64,000 nucleotides of DNA from Vicugna vicugna (lineage: Eukaryota), in contig MU062133.1 in the NCBI GenBank assembly GCA_013265495.1, positions 5,409,819 to 5,473,818 of the forward strand. The letters are read 5' to 3'. Made by a program: the position numbers and the translations under genes. The notes below the pieces were generated by a model that worked only from the letters and a program-made list of their open reading frames with translations, did no database searches and was not told the origin of the DNA. Below are positions 28,011-39,850 of this stretch, piece by piece. The number at the start of each line of letters is the position of its first letter. Position 1 is the first letter of the stretch.

Positions 28011-28054
28011 AAACACATTCCCTGACCTTGAGAAACACATTCCCTGACCTTGAG
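28011..28054. repeat. Perfect 22-bp tandem duplication (aaacacattccctgaccttgag x2)
   Basis: Read directly from the sequence. Confidence 0.95.
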
Positions 28055-28351
28055 GAGAAGGATGGGCAAATATCTACCCAAGTAACTCCGATAAAGGGCA
28101 GATGGAATTACATCTGGCAAGCAGGAAGGAAAAGGGTTGACTCTGACAGAAGCCTCAGGGGAAGCTACAAGGAAGGAATGACACGAGTTGGATTGGGGAT
28201 GATTAATAGGGTGTACGGTGCAGAGCAAATGGAAGGGTAGCTTAAGTGAAGGAGAAGGCTGAACAATGGTTCATGAAAGAAAGCTCAGGATGTGTTTAGG
28301 GAACAATAATTAGTCTGGTGGGTCTCAGTGCTGAGAGCTTAGGAAAAGTAA

Positions 28352-28391
28352 AATAATAACAATAACTAATAATAATAATAATAATAATAAT
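28352..28391. repeat. (AAT)n microsatellite
   Basis: Eight perfect AAT units (28368-28391) with a degenerate 5' extension. Confidence 0.95.
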
Positions 28392-28529
28392 GAAGAGTGG
28401 GGATTTTGGCCACCAGATTTATTCTGGATTTGATTATATGAGCAAAAAGGATTCAGTGAAGATTCCTGGAGAAAGAGGAAGCATGATAAGACACAGTTTT
28501 AAGAAATCCATATGTATCAACACATTCAA

Positions 28530-28675
28530 TTAGGACAACCCTATGGGTAAACACAGCCACTATTCCTATTGTACAAATGAGAAAACTGAGATTGTAAGGA
28601 ATTATGTACCAAAGGTTACATGGCTATCAAGCAGCCAAGATGAACCTGAACCCAAGCAGTCTGACTGCAAACCCC
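28530..28675 (-). mobile_element. MIR SINE
   Basis: cctattgtacaaatgagaaaactgag...gaacccaagcagtctgactgcaaa is the antisense MIR core. Confidence 0.7.
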
Positions 28676-29974
28676 CCTCTATTTAACAAGTTTGCACATA
28701 TCCTTTAAGTCCAGGTTCTAGGGAAGGGTCTGATATCAGGGCTGTAGGACTTCAGGAGAGGGTGAGGTAATTGTGGGCTGCAGTGGGGAATGTGGGCAGG
28801 AAAGACTTCTCAGAGGCAGAAAGATGTGACGGTGTGGCAGGAGGCTCTGTACTGTTTCTGGTATGCCATTGCCAAGAGGACTGGGTACCACAGAAGTTGG
28901 GGGAAAGTGTGTGGTGCTTCAGAGGAGGAGGAAATTATTTCCACAGTGAAAATCAAGCAGAGCGTCACAAGCTGAGCACAGCTGCATTTATTTTTCTGCC
29001 TTACGCATTGCTGGCTTCCTACTTGGCACAGAACACAGTGTCCAGCACAAAGCAGGTATTCAATCATTAAGAGAATGACAACATGAGTGAATGAATGAAT
29101 GAAGAACTTAAGAGTCCGACCTACAGGAGTAACATGGAAATATACTCCCTCTGCGTGCATTTCTGCATCCTCCCTGGGCAGTCACTCCCCATCCAAGCTG
29201 CTTATAAACGATTCTTTGGCAGAGCTTATTTCATTTAACCTACCCTGTCTGGAAGTCTTGTCATAGGTCTTACCTCTGTCTGTCGATGTAAGGAATAGAG
29301 GGCAGAGAAGCAATACCAAGGGCCTTGGAATCAAGCAGACCTGGGCTGACTCCTGCTACATGACCTTGAACAGGACACCTAAGCTATTTCTCCATCTATA
29401 AAGAAAGAATGAAGACGGACCTTGCAAGTAACTATCCTTAATATAAATGTATATTTACTCCATTTTTATCTAACAAAAGACAAGGATCAGGCACATATAA
29501 CAGTTGTTGAGTGCATGTTCCTAAATTTAGGAGGAAAGCCAGTACGCAAAGGCAAAACCTGACCACTGCCAGACTAGAAAACACCATTTGCTTGGCATAA
29601 AGGAAAACCGGTTCTAAGACAGAATTTTTATAAGTAACTTTTATTCTCAACATACGTGGCTAAATAGAATGGTGCTTTGGCCTCATTCTGCTATGCTTTT
29701 AAAGCCACTACTTTATGTGGCAGAACCAGTTTGAAAGCTTGATGATACAAGGGAATTTCACATAGGAAAATATCTGGGTTGTGGAAATGACTCTTGTGTA
29801 ATGAATGATTCTGACAATTATATATTGAGCTCTCCCCAGTCAATAAATCACATCTCTGCTAGGGTATGCTTGTGAAAATTCTGATTAAATTAGCCATTGA
29901 ACTTTTATTTCCTTGGAACTCTTGTAATAATGCAACAGTGACAATAGCAAAAATACCGCCAACATCTATCATCT

Positions 29975-30185
29975 ATTAAACATCTTCTTGGTGCCAAATG
30001 CTATAAAAGACACTTTTATATGATCCCAATGGATCATCAGAACAACCTTGTAAGACAGGAATTACATCTACCTTTTAGAACTAAAAATATTGAGTCTTGG
30101 AAAAATTAATCTGCCTGAGGTCATCTATTAGTAAGTTCCGGGGCTAGGATTTGTGTCCATAGCTATGTGATTTGAAAGTCATTTT
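29975..30185 (-). mobile_element. MIR SINE
   Basis: Antisense MIR layout: ggtgccaaatgcta...caaccttgtaagacagg...ctgaggtcatctattagtaag...ctaggatttg. Confidence 0.6.
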
Positions 30186-30659
30186 CTGTTCATACCTTTG
30201 ACAGCACAGGGCCTACTCTCACCAACCTACAACCCTAGAAATGTATCAACAAATGCAGTTGGCTGCTCCTGATCTGCCCCAGCTGAACCCTGCTTCCTCT
30301 GCCTGCCCTGCAAGCTGTTTACCCTCTGGGAGGTCACCCTGTTGCTCTAGTATCCTTCCGTCCTGGAACGGAATGGTTCTCTTTGGAATCAGTGTGCATT
30401 TTTATATGACCTCTTCTCAAAGTACATTTTTCAGACTGTGTGCCCTGAATTTAGACCACAGTTGGATTTAAGTGATAATTTTTTCTTTTTCCTCAAGTAA
30501 AGAATGAGCTCAGAGATGTCTAATACCCCACATCTCACTGTAACTAGGACATAATGCAAACTTTCATTTATAAAACAGAATTAATCCACATGGAATCAGT
30601 GGCATCGGACTGCCTACATGGCCTGATTTATTTCCGCGTTCTTGGAAAGATCCCTTTTG

Positions 30660-31340
30660 CTAAAACACTTCAGTCTGGCTATAGGTTTATTGATTTTGTT
30701 ATTCTTTTCAAAGAAGCAACTTTTTTTTTTCATTTAATTTCACGTTTATTTTTTCTATTCTTTATTTATTAACTTCTACTCTAATATTTATTATTTCCTT
30801 CATTGAACTTGCTTTAGATTTGACTTGCTCTTATTTTTCTAGTGTCTTAGGGTGTAAGATTAAGTTACTAATTTGGGACTTTTTTAAAATATAGGCATTG
30901 ATAACTATAAATTTCCCTCTTGGTACTTCTTTAGCTGTACCCCATTATGCTTTGGTTTGTTGAGTTTTGTTTTTATTCATCTCAAAATATTTTCTCATTT
31001 CCTTTATGATTTCCTCTTTGATCCATTTGGGAGCATATTGTTTAATATACACATATTTGTAAACTTCTTTGCTAGTTTCCTTCTATGATTGATTTCTAGT
31101 TCCATTCCATTGTGGCTGTAGAACACACAATGTAATTAAATCATTTGAAATAATTAAGTCCTGTCTAACGGCCAACTATATTATCTGTCTTGGAGAATGT
31201 ATATTCTGTTGTAGGGTGAAGGCATCAATGGATACCTGTTTGGTTTATAATGTTTCTCAAGTCTTCCACTTCCCTGTTGACCTTCTGCTTAGTTCTTCTG
31301 CCTATTGTTGAAAGTGTGGTATTGAAGTCTCCAACTATCG
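30660..31340 (-). mobile_element. L1 ORF2 (endonuclease-region) fragment
   Basis: Antisense L1 motifs (gctttagatttgacttgctcttatttttctag...ataaatttccctcttggtacttctttagctgtacccca...gtattgaagtctccaactat). Confidence 0.8.
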
Positions 31341-31374
31341 GTTTACTGTTACATCATTCATAATACTGTAAACT

Positions 31375-31560
31375 TCAGTATATGAATCCACACATACAAT
31401 CCAGTGGCTTTCAAAGTATACAGTACAGTGGCTTTTAGTATAATCACAAGACTGTACAACCATGACTACTATCTAATTCCAAAATATTGTCATTACTCCA
31501 AAAAGAAACCCCATACCCATTAGCAGCCTTACCCCCTTCACTCTCAGGACCACCTTCCTA
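31375..31560 (-). mobile_element. Old L1 3' UTR fragment
   Basis: aagtatacagtacagtggcttttagtataatcacaagactgtacaaccatgactactatctaattccaaaatatt...ccaaaaagaaaccccatacccattagcag. Confidence 0.8.
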
Positions 31561-32455
31561 GTGGCAGAGGCCAAGTTGACTTGAATCCTCTCTTGATTTG
31601 CCTGTACATAGGAAGGAATAGTACCACCTTCATGGAATATACAAGCAGAGCAAATGAAATATTGGATTTTTGTAAGTAAAGGTCTGTACAGATGTAAATT
31701 GTTCTTTTATAACTCCACAGGGGCAATCTGTTCTTTGCTCAGATCTTCAAGTGAGTCCAAGAAAACAACCTTCTATGTCCTGACCATACAGATGTAAAAT
31801 AATAGATTATCTCCACAGGGCCCTCAGAGGACACCGTCAACATCCCCAAGATTATATGTCTTTACAAATATTAACTAATCTCTGCCCCACCCATCAGCCT
31901 CCATAGCTTGCAGGATCTAACCACCAAGCCTCTCTTCCTTAAAGAAACTAGTTGTCATGGGAAGAGCCCTTCTCACCCTTGCAGTGCTTGGCATAAGCTG
32001 CTCCAAGGATGACAGCACAGGACTGACCGGCTCAGTAATCATCAGGAAATGATCCTGGGTACCATGATTACATCGCTCATGCTTGCAGTCTTGGCTGTGC
32101 CTCCCGTGGCAAAGGAGAAGAGCTGTTCAATGTTTCCTACTAAATTACCTTGCTGGGAACTGAAATTCTGTAACCAACTTCCAATCTTCACTTCTCTGGT
32201 AAAGGTCTTTCCCAGGTTCCATCTTTCCTCATCAGCCTTATATTTCAATGTTGGGATCTCTTTAGTAGCTTAATTCCTAATTAGATAGTTGTAAAACTGT
32301 CCTTAATAGAAAATATTTTAGACGTTTAATATTCTCTTTTCAGTCCATTGTGGCAGAGCTGAGCTTTGTTTTCTAACAAGAGGAAAAGTCGGAGGGAAAA
32401 TAAGCACCTTATACAAGGCTACTAGGTAAATTACTGCCACAGGGAAGATTGAACG

Positions 32456-32630
32456 CAGTGCTTCTCTTTGGGCTGCACATTTGAATCATCTTGAGAGGTT
32501 TTTTAAGTCCTAATGCTCAGGCATATATTCCAGAACAATTACATCCAAACATCTTGGTATAGAACTGGGGATCTGTATTTTTTTAAGTCCCCACTGTGAT
32601 TCCAATGAGGACCCAAGGTTTAGGACCGTC
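32456..32630. mobile_element. MER5-family hAT-Charlie MITE (copy 1)
   Basis: cagtgcttctc...ctgcacatttgaatcatcttgagagg...ctgtatttttttaagtccccactgtgattccaatg...caaggtttaggacc. Confidence 0.75.
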
Positions 32631-32639
32631 GACTTAAAC

Positions 32640-32810
32640 AAATGTTTCCAAAACTTTAATGTGCAAAGATATCACCTGAGTGCTAGGTTAAGATGAAGAT
32701 TCTGACTCAGTAGGACAGAGGCTGGTGAGGGCTGAGATCCTTACATTTCTATCAAGCCCTGGGGGATGCCAACGCTGTTGGTCTAAGAAACACATTTAGA
32801 ACAACAAGGA
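32640..32810. mobile_element. MER5-family hAT-Charlie MITE (copy 2)
   Basis: tttccaaaactttaatgtgcaaagatatcacctg...gattctgactcagtagg...tacatttctatcaagccctgggggatgcc...cacatttagaacaacaagg. Confidence 0.75.
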
Positions 32811-32827
32811 TCAAAATAGGAGAAGTT

Positions 32828-32995
32828 TACAAATTTTGGTGAATATTTGAATCAATTGGGGAGACTTCGAAACTCTGGGTGTCTGGACTGGGCCCCATAC
32901 CAACTAAATCAGACTCTCGAGATGGGGCACAGATGTCAGAATTTTTTAAACTTACCCAGTGATTCCAGTGCACAGCACATTTCTGAATCAGTGAT
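32828..32995. mobile_element. MER5-family hAT-Charlie MITE (copy 3)
   Basis: caaattttggtgaatatttgaatcaattgggga...ccaactaaatcagactctcgagatggggc...ttaaacttacccagtgattccagtgcacagc. Confidence 0.7.
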
Positions 32996-33149
32996 TAGGG
33001 ATTCCAGATCTCACTGATCCCACCTCTAATGTCATCCAGAGGATGGAAAGGATGAGCCTCTAAGAAATCCTAATTCACATAAGCAAGTTTGTTTCAGAAG
33101 TAAAGTCAGGTAACTCCATGTATGTATGAAAGGATCACGTGAATACACA

Positions 33150-33420
33150 GAGCACATCTCACTTGGAGGAGAGCAAACTTACAGTGTGTGTGCAGGAGAA
33201 CAGGGGGCTTATAATCTCTGCCTTTAAACATTTGGAAGGAGGAAGCGGTAGACTTACACTCTGTAATTTCAAAAGCTAAGTCTCAGATCAGTGAGAGAAG
33301 TTTCAGGGAGACAGGTTTAAGCTCAATATGAGGAAATTCGGCCTACAAATCAGCTGTCTAACAATAGAAAGTTGGACTTCTAAAGTTGCACATATTCCTA
33401 CATAATGTAAAAGGCTGGGC
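33150..33420 (+). mobile_element. L3/CR1 LINE 3' fragment
   Basis: ctctgcctttaaacatttggaagg...gtttcagggagacaggtttaagctcaatatgaggaa resembles the L3 consensus (gtcttcaaatatttgaagg...gatttcagctcaatataaggaa). Confidence 0.65.
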
Positions 33421-33594
33421 AGGAAGAATTCTTCATTGTTCCTTTCATTCCTCCCCAAACCCCACCCCCAGCTGGCCGAGTCAACATCTAACCCATTAGT
33501 CAATCTTGCCAGGCCTACTTTGGATCTATACACCTGCTGCATCTACCTGTTATAACTGTCCTCACACAACCACCACCATTTCTTGCCTTGATTA

Positions 33595-33725
33595 CTGGGG
33601 TGGCCCCTCCACTGGAATAGCCTTTCTAATGAAATAGCCCCCTAACTGGAACAGCCTCCCGATCCGGCCCCTAGCTGGAAAAACTTTCTACCTGGAATAG
33701 CCTCCTAAATGAAACAGCCGAAACG
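33595..33725. repeat. Degenerate 17-bp minisatellite, about 7-8 units (consensus ctggaatagcctcctaa)
   Basis: Units at 33595, 33612, 33629, 33646, 33663 (short, 12 nt), 33675, 33692 and 33709 were aligned by eye. Confidence 0.8.
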
Positions 33726-34659
33726 CTAAATGTGCAACCTGAGAAATAACCTTGATGGCGAGTCAGAAGCCTGGCCCTCAAGGCATCCCTAAATCTCACT
33801 GCACATGTTCTCACCAATCGTGCATCTTACTCTGTCCAGCACCCATTGTTGAGTGACTTCTAGATGTGTTTTCTCGGTGAGGTCGTTCCGTGGTGCACAC
33901 TCAGGTCCTGGTTTCCCCAGTGTAGGAAATCATGTTTGCCGTTTTGTTTTCAACTGTCAGGAAGCTTTCATCTAAACCTCTTTTTAGGGAGGAGTTGTTT
34001 TCTGCTCATCTTATAAAAAAAAATGCAAATGTCCTCTCTGCATTATCTCCGTGCACACGCCATCTCTGTGTGTCTCGAAGCGCAGCTGCACTTCACCACT
34101 TTGCTAGCAGAGCCCTGGCTCACGCTCGTGGCTGTTGTTTTCCACACGCTGGTTCCTCGGACTCTGCAATGCAGTCGGATTGTTTTTGAGAGTGAACAGC
34201 TTCTGGTCTGTCCCATTCTCGCTGGACTATCAGGCTGTCCTCTGCAGAGGGGTTGCTGGTGACGCTGTTCCATTTCTAAGGTCTCTAGAAATACGTGCAG
34301 CAAATAGTATTTCTTTGGTTTAACAATTAATAGTGAGATGAGGACTTCAGAAGGTTGTATTTCATCTCTTGCATTCAAACATCTGCATTTGGAGACCTTA
34401 GCCAAGGCTCTGCCCAAAGATGGTTATGCCCCTTTTCCTGGTACCCCCTTGAGTCGCTCAACCTCACATCAAATCTCTGACTGAAAGTACAGGAAGAATC
34501 TAAAATAATAAATGTGAAAAATCAGTCTAAATTCTCACTTTGATAAAGTAAAAGTGGATCTTCTCTCATCTAGAGATTTAAAATGTTACAATTAAATACT
34601 AATCTTGTACAAATAAGGAAAAGACATAATTTGCCTCCCCTTAATTTCAGGGGAAGGAG

Positions 34660-34780
34660 CAGGGGTTTTGGAACCAGACAGAACTGGATTTAGATCACAG
34701 CTCTCCTGCTTGCCAACACTGTGACCTTGAGCATGATACTTAACCTCTCTGAGCCAAGGATTCCATATCATAGTAAGGAG
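34660..34780 (+). mobile_element. MIR SINE
   Basis: ttttggaaccagacagaactggatttagatcacagctctcctg...tgtgaccttgagcatgatacttaacctctctgagcc. Confidence 0.75.
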
Positions 34781-35899
34781 CTAATACACCTCCAGGGGAT
34801 ACTTTAAAGCCTCCGTCAGACTCTGGGGATGTGGCAGACATCCAGAGACAAAGCAGCCTCTGCACCTGCAATTACCAGCGGTGACAGCCCTTAGTGTGCA
34901 GGTGGCGGTGGCGGTAGCAGCATGTAAGTTTATCATGTGCAGCCGCTCAGATAAGTGGCTGCGGACCTGGGATTTCAACTGATATAAAAACTAAGTATGT
35001 CCAAGTGTGTATATAGTAGATGTGGATAATCAGTCAACAGGGCACACAATGAGCAAATTCCTGAATTATGGCCCATCTTGCAGGGCCATTAGAAAGGACA
35101 ATTATCTGTTGGCTCAAAAGGCCACATCATTAGGTGACAGCATTGGCTGAAGTGGTGGCCCTTGTATGAGCACAAGCACTTCCATGTCTCAGCCTGGGGC
35201 AGAGCCCAAGATGGGGTGTGTCCTAGGTGGGACCTCAGCATCTGGATTCATTCTTGAACAAAATAGGATTGAAGTTTTGAATCAAGATCTCTGAAGCTGG
35301 AACCCTGCAATCTGTTAAGCTTCTCCATGTGATTCCCACTCACATTCACTTTTGAGAATCTTCCCATGTGCCTTCTATTCAGACAGCGTTAATTCGATGA
35401 GAAGGATGCCTTGCTCAAAACAAATAATTACATACAAGAGACACTAGACAGCATGACTCAAAGGATTTCCTCACATCCTGTCCCTCCTTAGACACATAAC
35501 CCTCTATCCATTTTGGGGCAGTATATATAGCATTAAGGACTCTCTGAAATGTTCAGAGATTGCTTATCCCTTTTATTATTGAACTTTATCTATTTTCCCA
35601 TTTTGTGAAGTTCCAGTAAATTCTATACAGCATGTGAAACATTAAATAAAATTAACATCAAATATATGGGCAGGAATTTACTCTCTCAACCTACACTTTT
35701 AATCACCACAGATTTTTCTATCAGTCAATCACCAAATATTTACTAAGCACCAGGACCAGTCAGGTGCCTATGGAAGGATAAGGTCCAACATATTTCTCCA
35801 CAGATTTTACAGTCTAGTGTAGAAAAAAAAATGAGATAAAATTAATACTATAAGTATTACTATTGAAAACAAAAATGACAGAAATAATAATAACAAAAA

Positions 35900-36112
35900 C
35901 ATCGATTCACTGAGTGCCTCCTAAAAATCAGGGATCATAATCAGATATTTATGTAAGGTATATCTGAGCCTTTCAGCAGCAATACAAGAGAGGAACCATG
36001 TCCCTATGTTATTTAAAAAATTGAGGCTCAGAGAGGTTAAGAAGCTTGTTCAAGGTCATGCACAAATAAATGGAAAGGCTGCGGTTCAAACCTCAGGTTA
36101 TCAAGTTCCAAA
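35900..36112 (-). mobile_element. MIR SINE
   Basis: aaattgaggctcagagaggttaagaagcttgttcaaggtcatgcaca is the antisense core. Confidence 0.75.
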
Positions 36113-36339
36113 GTCATTGGTGTTTAGAATTAGGAAGACAGGGAAAGAATTCTCAGTGATATAAATTTGCTACGAGGCCAACTCACCTATGTGGACAAGG
36201 GAGATGAGGGTGACAGTTTGGTCAAGTGCATGAAGCTAATGAGATTTGGGTATCTTTACTCTAACCTGTGAACCCATGAGTCTACGGTATATGATGTCAC
36301 ACTCATCTTTTTAATACCAGAGACAGCAATTATGACTCA

Positions 36340-36830
36340 GCAACTTCTGCCTTCTCCCTCACCTTCCTTCCTTCCTTCCTCTTCCTTACTTCCTTGCCTC
36401 CATTCCCTGCCTTACTCCTTCCTCTCCCCCTCTCCATCACTCAATAAGCCTCAAAATAGAATATGTTTACTTAAACCAATGATTCTTAAATATGTTCAGA
36501 CCACATCATCTGACAAAGTTATGCTTTTTCACTCTGCTTTGTATATTCACAGGTAATTCACTGCCTAGAACGGCCATCATGCCTATCTCTGGTAGGCAGA
36601 CCTCATTTCATGCACTATCCAGATACGTTCCTCTCTCTGAGGCCCTTTCCCAATACACCTACAAGTTAATCATTCCTTCATCTGTGCTGTCACACCTCCT
36701 GCTGCTTTGCTGTATCAAAACACTAGACTGTGAGCTCCTTGAAAGTAGAAACTATTTTGATTTATTCTTTGCCCACAGCTTCTGACTCAGGACCAAGAAT
36801 TAACAGGTACTCAAAAAGACTACATAGGTA
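36340..36830 (+). mobile_element. L2 3' fragment with a CT-rich tract (36343-36438)
   Basis: cactagactgtgagctccttgaaagtagaaactattttgatttattctttg...caggtactcaa is a typical L2 3' end. Confidence 0.65.
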
Positions 36831-39739
36831 AAAGATGTAAAGATGGGTATAGTTTTGCCTCAGTCTTTAGAAGGCCACAGAAGGTCCCAGCAACACAGAA
36901 ACAATCTCCTCTTACTGACAGATGCATAGTTGGCCATCTCCAGGTCTGGGGAGATGATCAAAGGGGATCAAGATGGCAGAAGGGCTCTGTCAGTCAGAAA
37001 CTCCCAGGAAACATGAGGGGCCAACATTATTATAATTAATTAAAAGATTCGATGGATTGTGAATGTGACAGGAAACACTTTTGACATTAGAAAATAGACT
37101 TCCTGCAGGCTTCCTGGATAGACTTCTTCAGGAAGTCAGCATGTTTTCAAACATCCTGATCTCTTTCTATTAACATGAGTATGAGAGCTCCCGACTGCTC
37201 TATCTGACGTTCTTCTCACACACCCACACCGTGTAGACTCTCTTCCGTCCTCAGAGATCGATCTTATGTTTTTTTTTTTTGCCTTAATAAAAGTTGCTTT
37301 CCGGATGGGATGTTTTTATCAATTATTAGTAACCTACCATGGATTAGAAGAACTCGTTCCTATGAGTAACTCTTAGGGCTGATGTTATATCAGTCAGAAA
37401 CACAGCATGACTCAGAATGAAGCACTGAGGAGTTGCCATTGAACCCGGGGAAACAGGACTTGGTGCTCTAGAAGAGGGACCAGAGCTAGGGAAAGAGGGA
37501 TGATGGGGAAACCCTCCTTGGAGTATCTCAAAATACCTGAACTGGGCAGCCACCTAGTCCAACACCACTGTTCTCACTATGACTATTGATGACTATTATG
37601 TCCCAGGTGCTAGGCTAGACTCTTCAATAAGTATAACCCATGATCTTCACAACAGTCCTATAAGGCAACTCATCTTATTCATCATTTTTATCTCAACTTT
37701 GGGGCTTCATGATCCCTCAAACTGTACTAGAACACTCCAAAACATCTTGTCTCATTCCTCCATAAGCTTTATCCCAATTGTAATTATATGATTGCATAAT
37801 TATCTGTACAGTTTCTGTCTTCTCCTCTAGACTCTAAAATCACGTCTTATTTTATTTTTATCCATGGATCCATCCCCAGTAACTAGCACAATGCCTGTCT
37901 CGTACTAGGTAATTGATAAATATCTATGGACTCATAAATGAATTCAAATAAGTGACTATCATTTAACTATTACTAAACCCATATTACAAATGAGAAAACT
38001 GAGGCTCAGTGTCTTAGCTCAAGGTCAAGATCAAGTTTTGATAGCTTGAGATTGTCTGAACCAGTTCCCCCAGGTATGTTTCACTCCCAAGCCCATATAT
38101 TTTCTGCTTCACAACCCTGTCCCTCTTTCAGCTTCCGGTAGGAACACACTTGTTAGTGAGGCATTGGACATGCATCTACCTCCTTTCTTCTCATCCTTCC
38201 ACACAAAAACCCAGATGAATGTCTTTCGATGTCTCCCTTGGAGTCTTACTCATAAGTTTTGGCTGGGCCTGCCACTATTAGCAGATTGAGAGGCATTATA
38301 AAAGGGAATCAAATGGATTACTGGATTAGTTTCTCTGGTGCTTTTCTGGATTAAGATAAGAAATGATAATCAGATTTCAAAACAGAAAGAGATCAAAATA
38401 AGAATAGTTGTATAAAACATCAACCAAGGAGACACCATAAAAGCAGAAAACCATTCTGTAGCTTGAAGATGAAGCATCACACACAAGCAATCCCTGCAGG
38501 AAGAATTCTGGAAAGTTCAGAAGAAAACACTGACAGTCCATGGAAGTCACATGGTTTCAAAACAAGAGCCTGGCACTGGGGGTCAGACGACCTGAGTGAG
38601 ATCCAGATCCTCCTCTGTCATGACGCTACAATCCACGGAACAAAGCTGTCCAGAGAATTAACTGATATGCTGTATTTGGAAAATGCGTGTAAAAGCTCTC
38701 ATAAATATGAGGAGTTGAAGGCTGACAAAACAAAGGCTGAGAAATGACCATCATATTTCCTCGGACTGGCCTACCTCACAAGAAGCCCATGACATGTTTG
38801 AACAGAGAGAATCAGGGGTTATAAAGAATCCTGACATCCAAGTACCTGGGACCAGCGAAGCCCTGCAATGTTTTTATCTAACAGCCATTTCAGGTTTGGT
38901 GACTGCAGACTTTGCCTGCTCTAGAAAATAACCCTAACAGAATCTATCAACCTCATCGTTAGCTTGAACAGCAGCTTCAAAAGCCCGTGGTGGTTTTTTA
39001 TTTTTTTTTTTTGCAGCACAAACTTAGATTAAGCAATTTATAGGCAGAAAAAAATGTCTAATTTGCACATAACTGATGGCAGGAAAATGAACGATGAGTT
39101 CATTACATTTCAGCTGACTCTGCAGTACAGCTCAGCTTTTTAAATTTTCTTCAGAATTTATAGGAAAAGAAATACAAGCACAATGATTTCACTGCCTGTA
39201 GATGTGACTCTTTACCACGTACTCAAAGCTCTGCATGGTCCGGCTCCAACTTGACATTCCAGCCTCACCTGCAAAGGGTTCACCAGCAGAATTACTTATA
39301 CACAGTACCCCAGGCATACATTTTGCCTCCCCAGCTCATGGCATCTCTTTTATTCACCTGCTCATGAATTCATTCATTCTTCATTCACAAATGAATCCCT
39401 TTCTGGTGCTGGGACCTGGGGATATGGTGACGAATGTGACGGGCAAGAGCAGTGACCTCAGAGACTATAAGCCGAACAGACAACTACTATAAACATATGC
39501 TAAGTGCCTCGCTTCCCATTTCCATCAGTTGATATCCCGCTCTTTTTTTTCCAAATGTTATTTATTCCTGGTCATCTCTCCAATGGGGTCAACCTTTCCT
39601 ACTTGCTTTTGGACTCCCCTTCTGAGATTTCATAACAGCTCCCTACTAGGCATTATGTAGTTAGTGCTGGAATAAGTCCTAATAAGGTTATGGGATTTAG
39701 TTTTCAAAATAACACTATTAAGTAGCTAGTACATGAAAC

Positions 39740-39850
39740 CCAGGTTTACAGATGATGAGACTGAGGCTTGGAGATTCACTCTGCCCAAGATCACTCAGCT
39801 CTAAGTGATGCAGCCAGGCTTCGAATCCAGGCAGTCTGACCCCAGCACCT
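39740..39850 (-). mobile_element. MIR SINE
   Basis: tttacagatgatgagactgaggcttggag...gcccaagatcactcagct...ttcgaatccaggcagtctgac. Confidence 0.8.
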
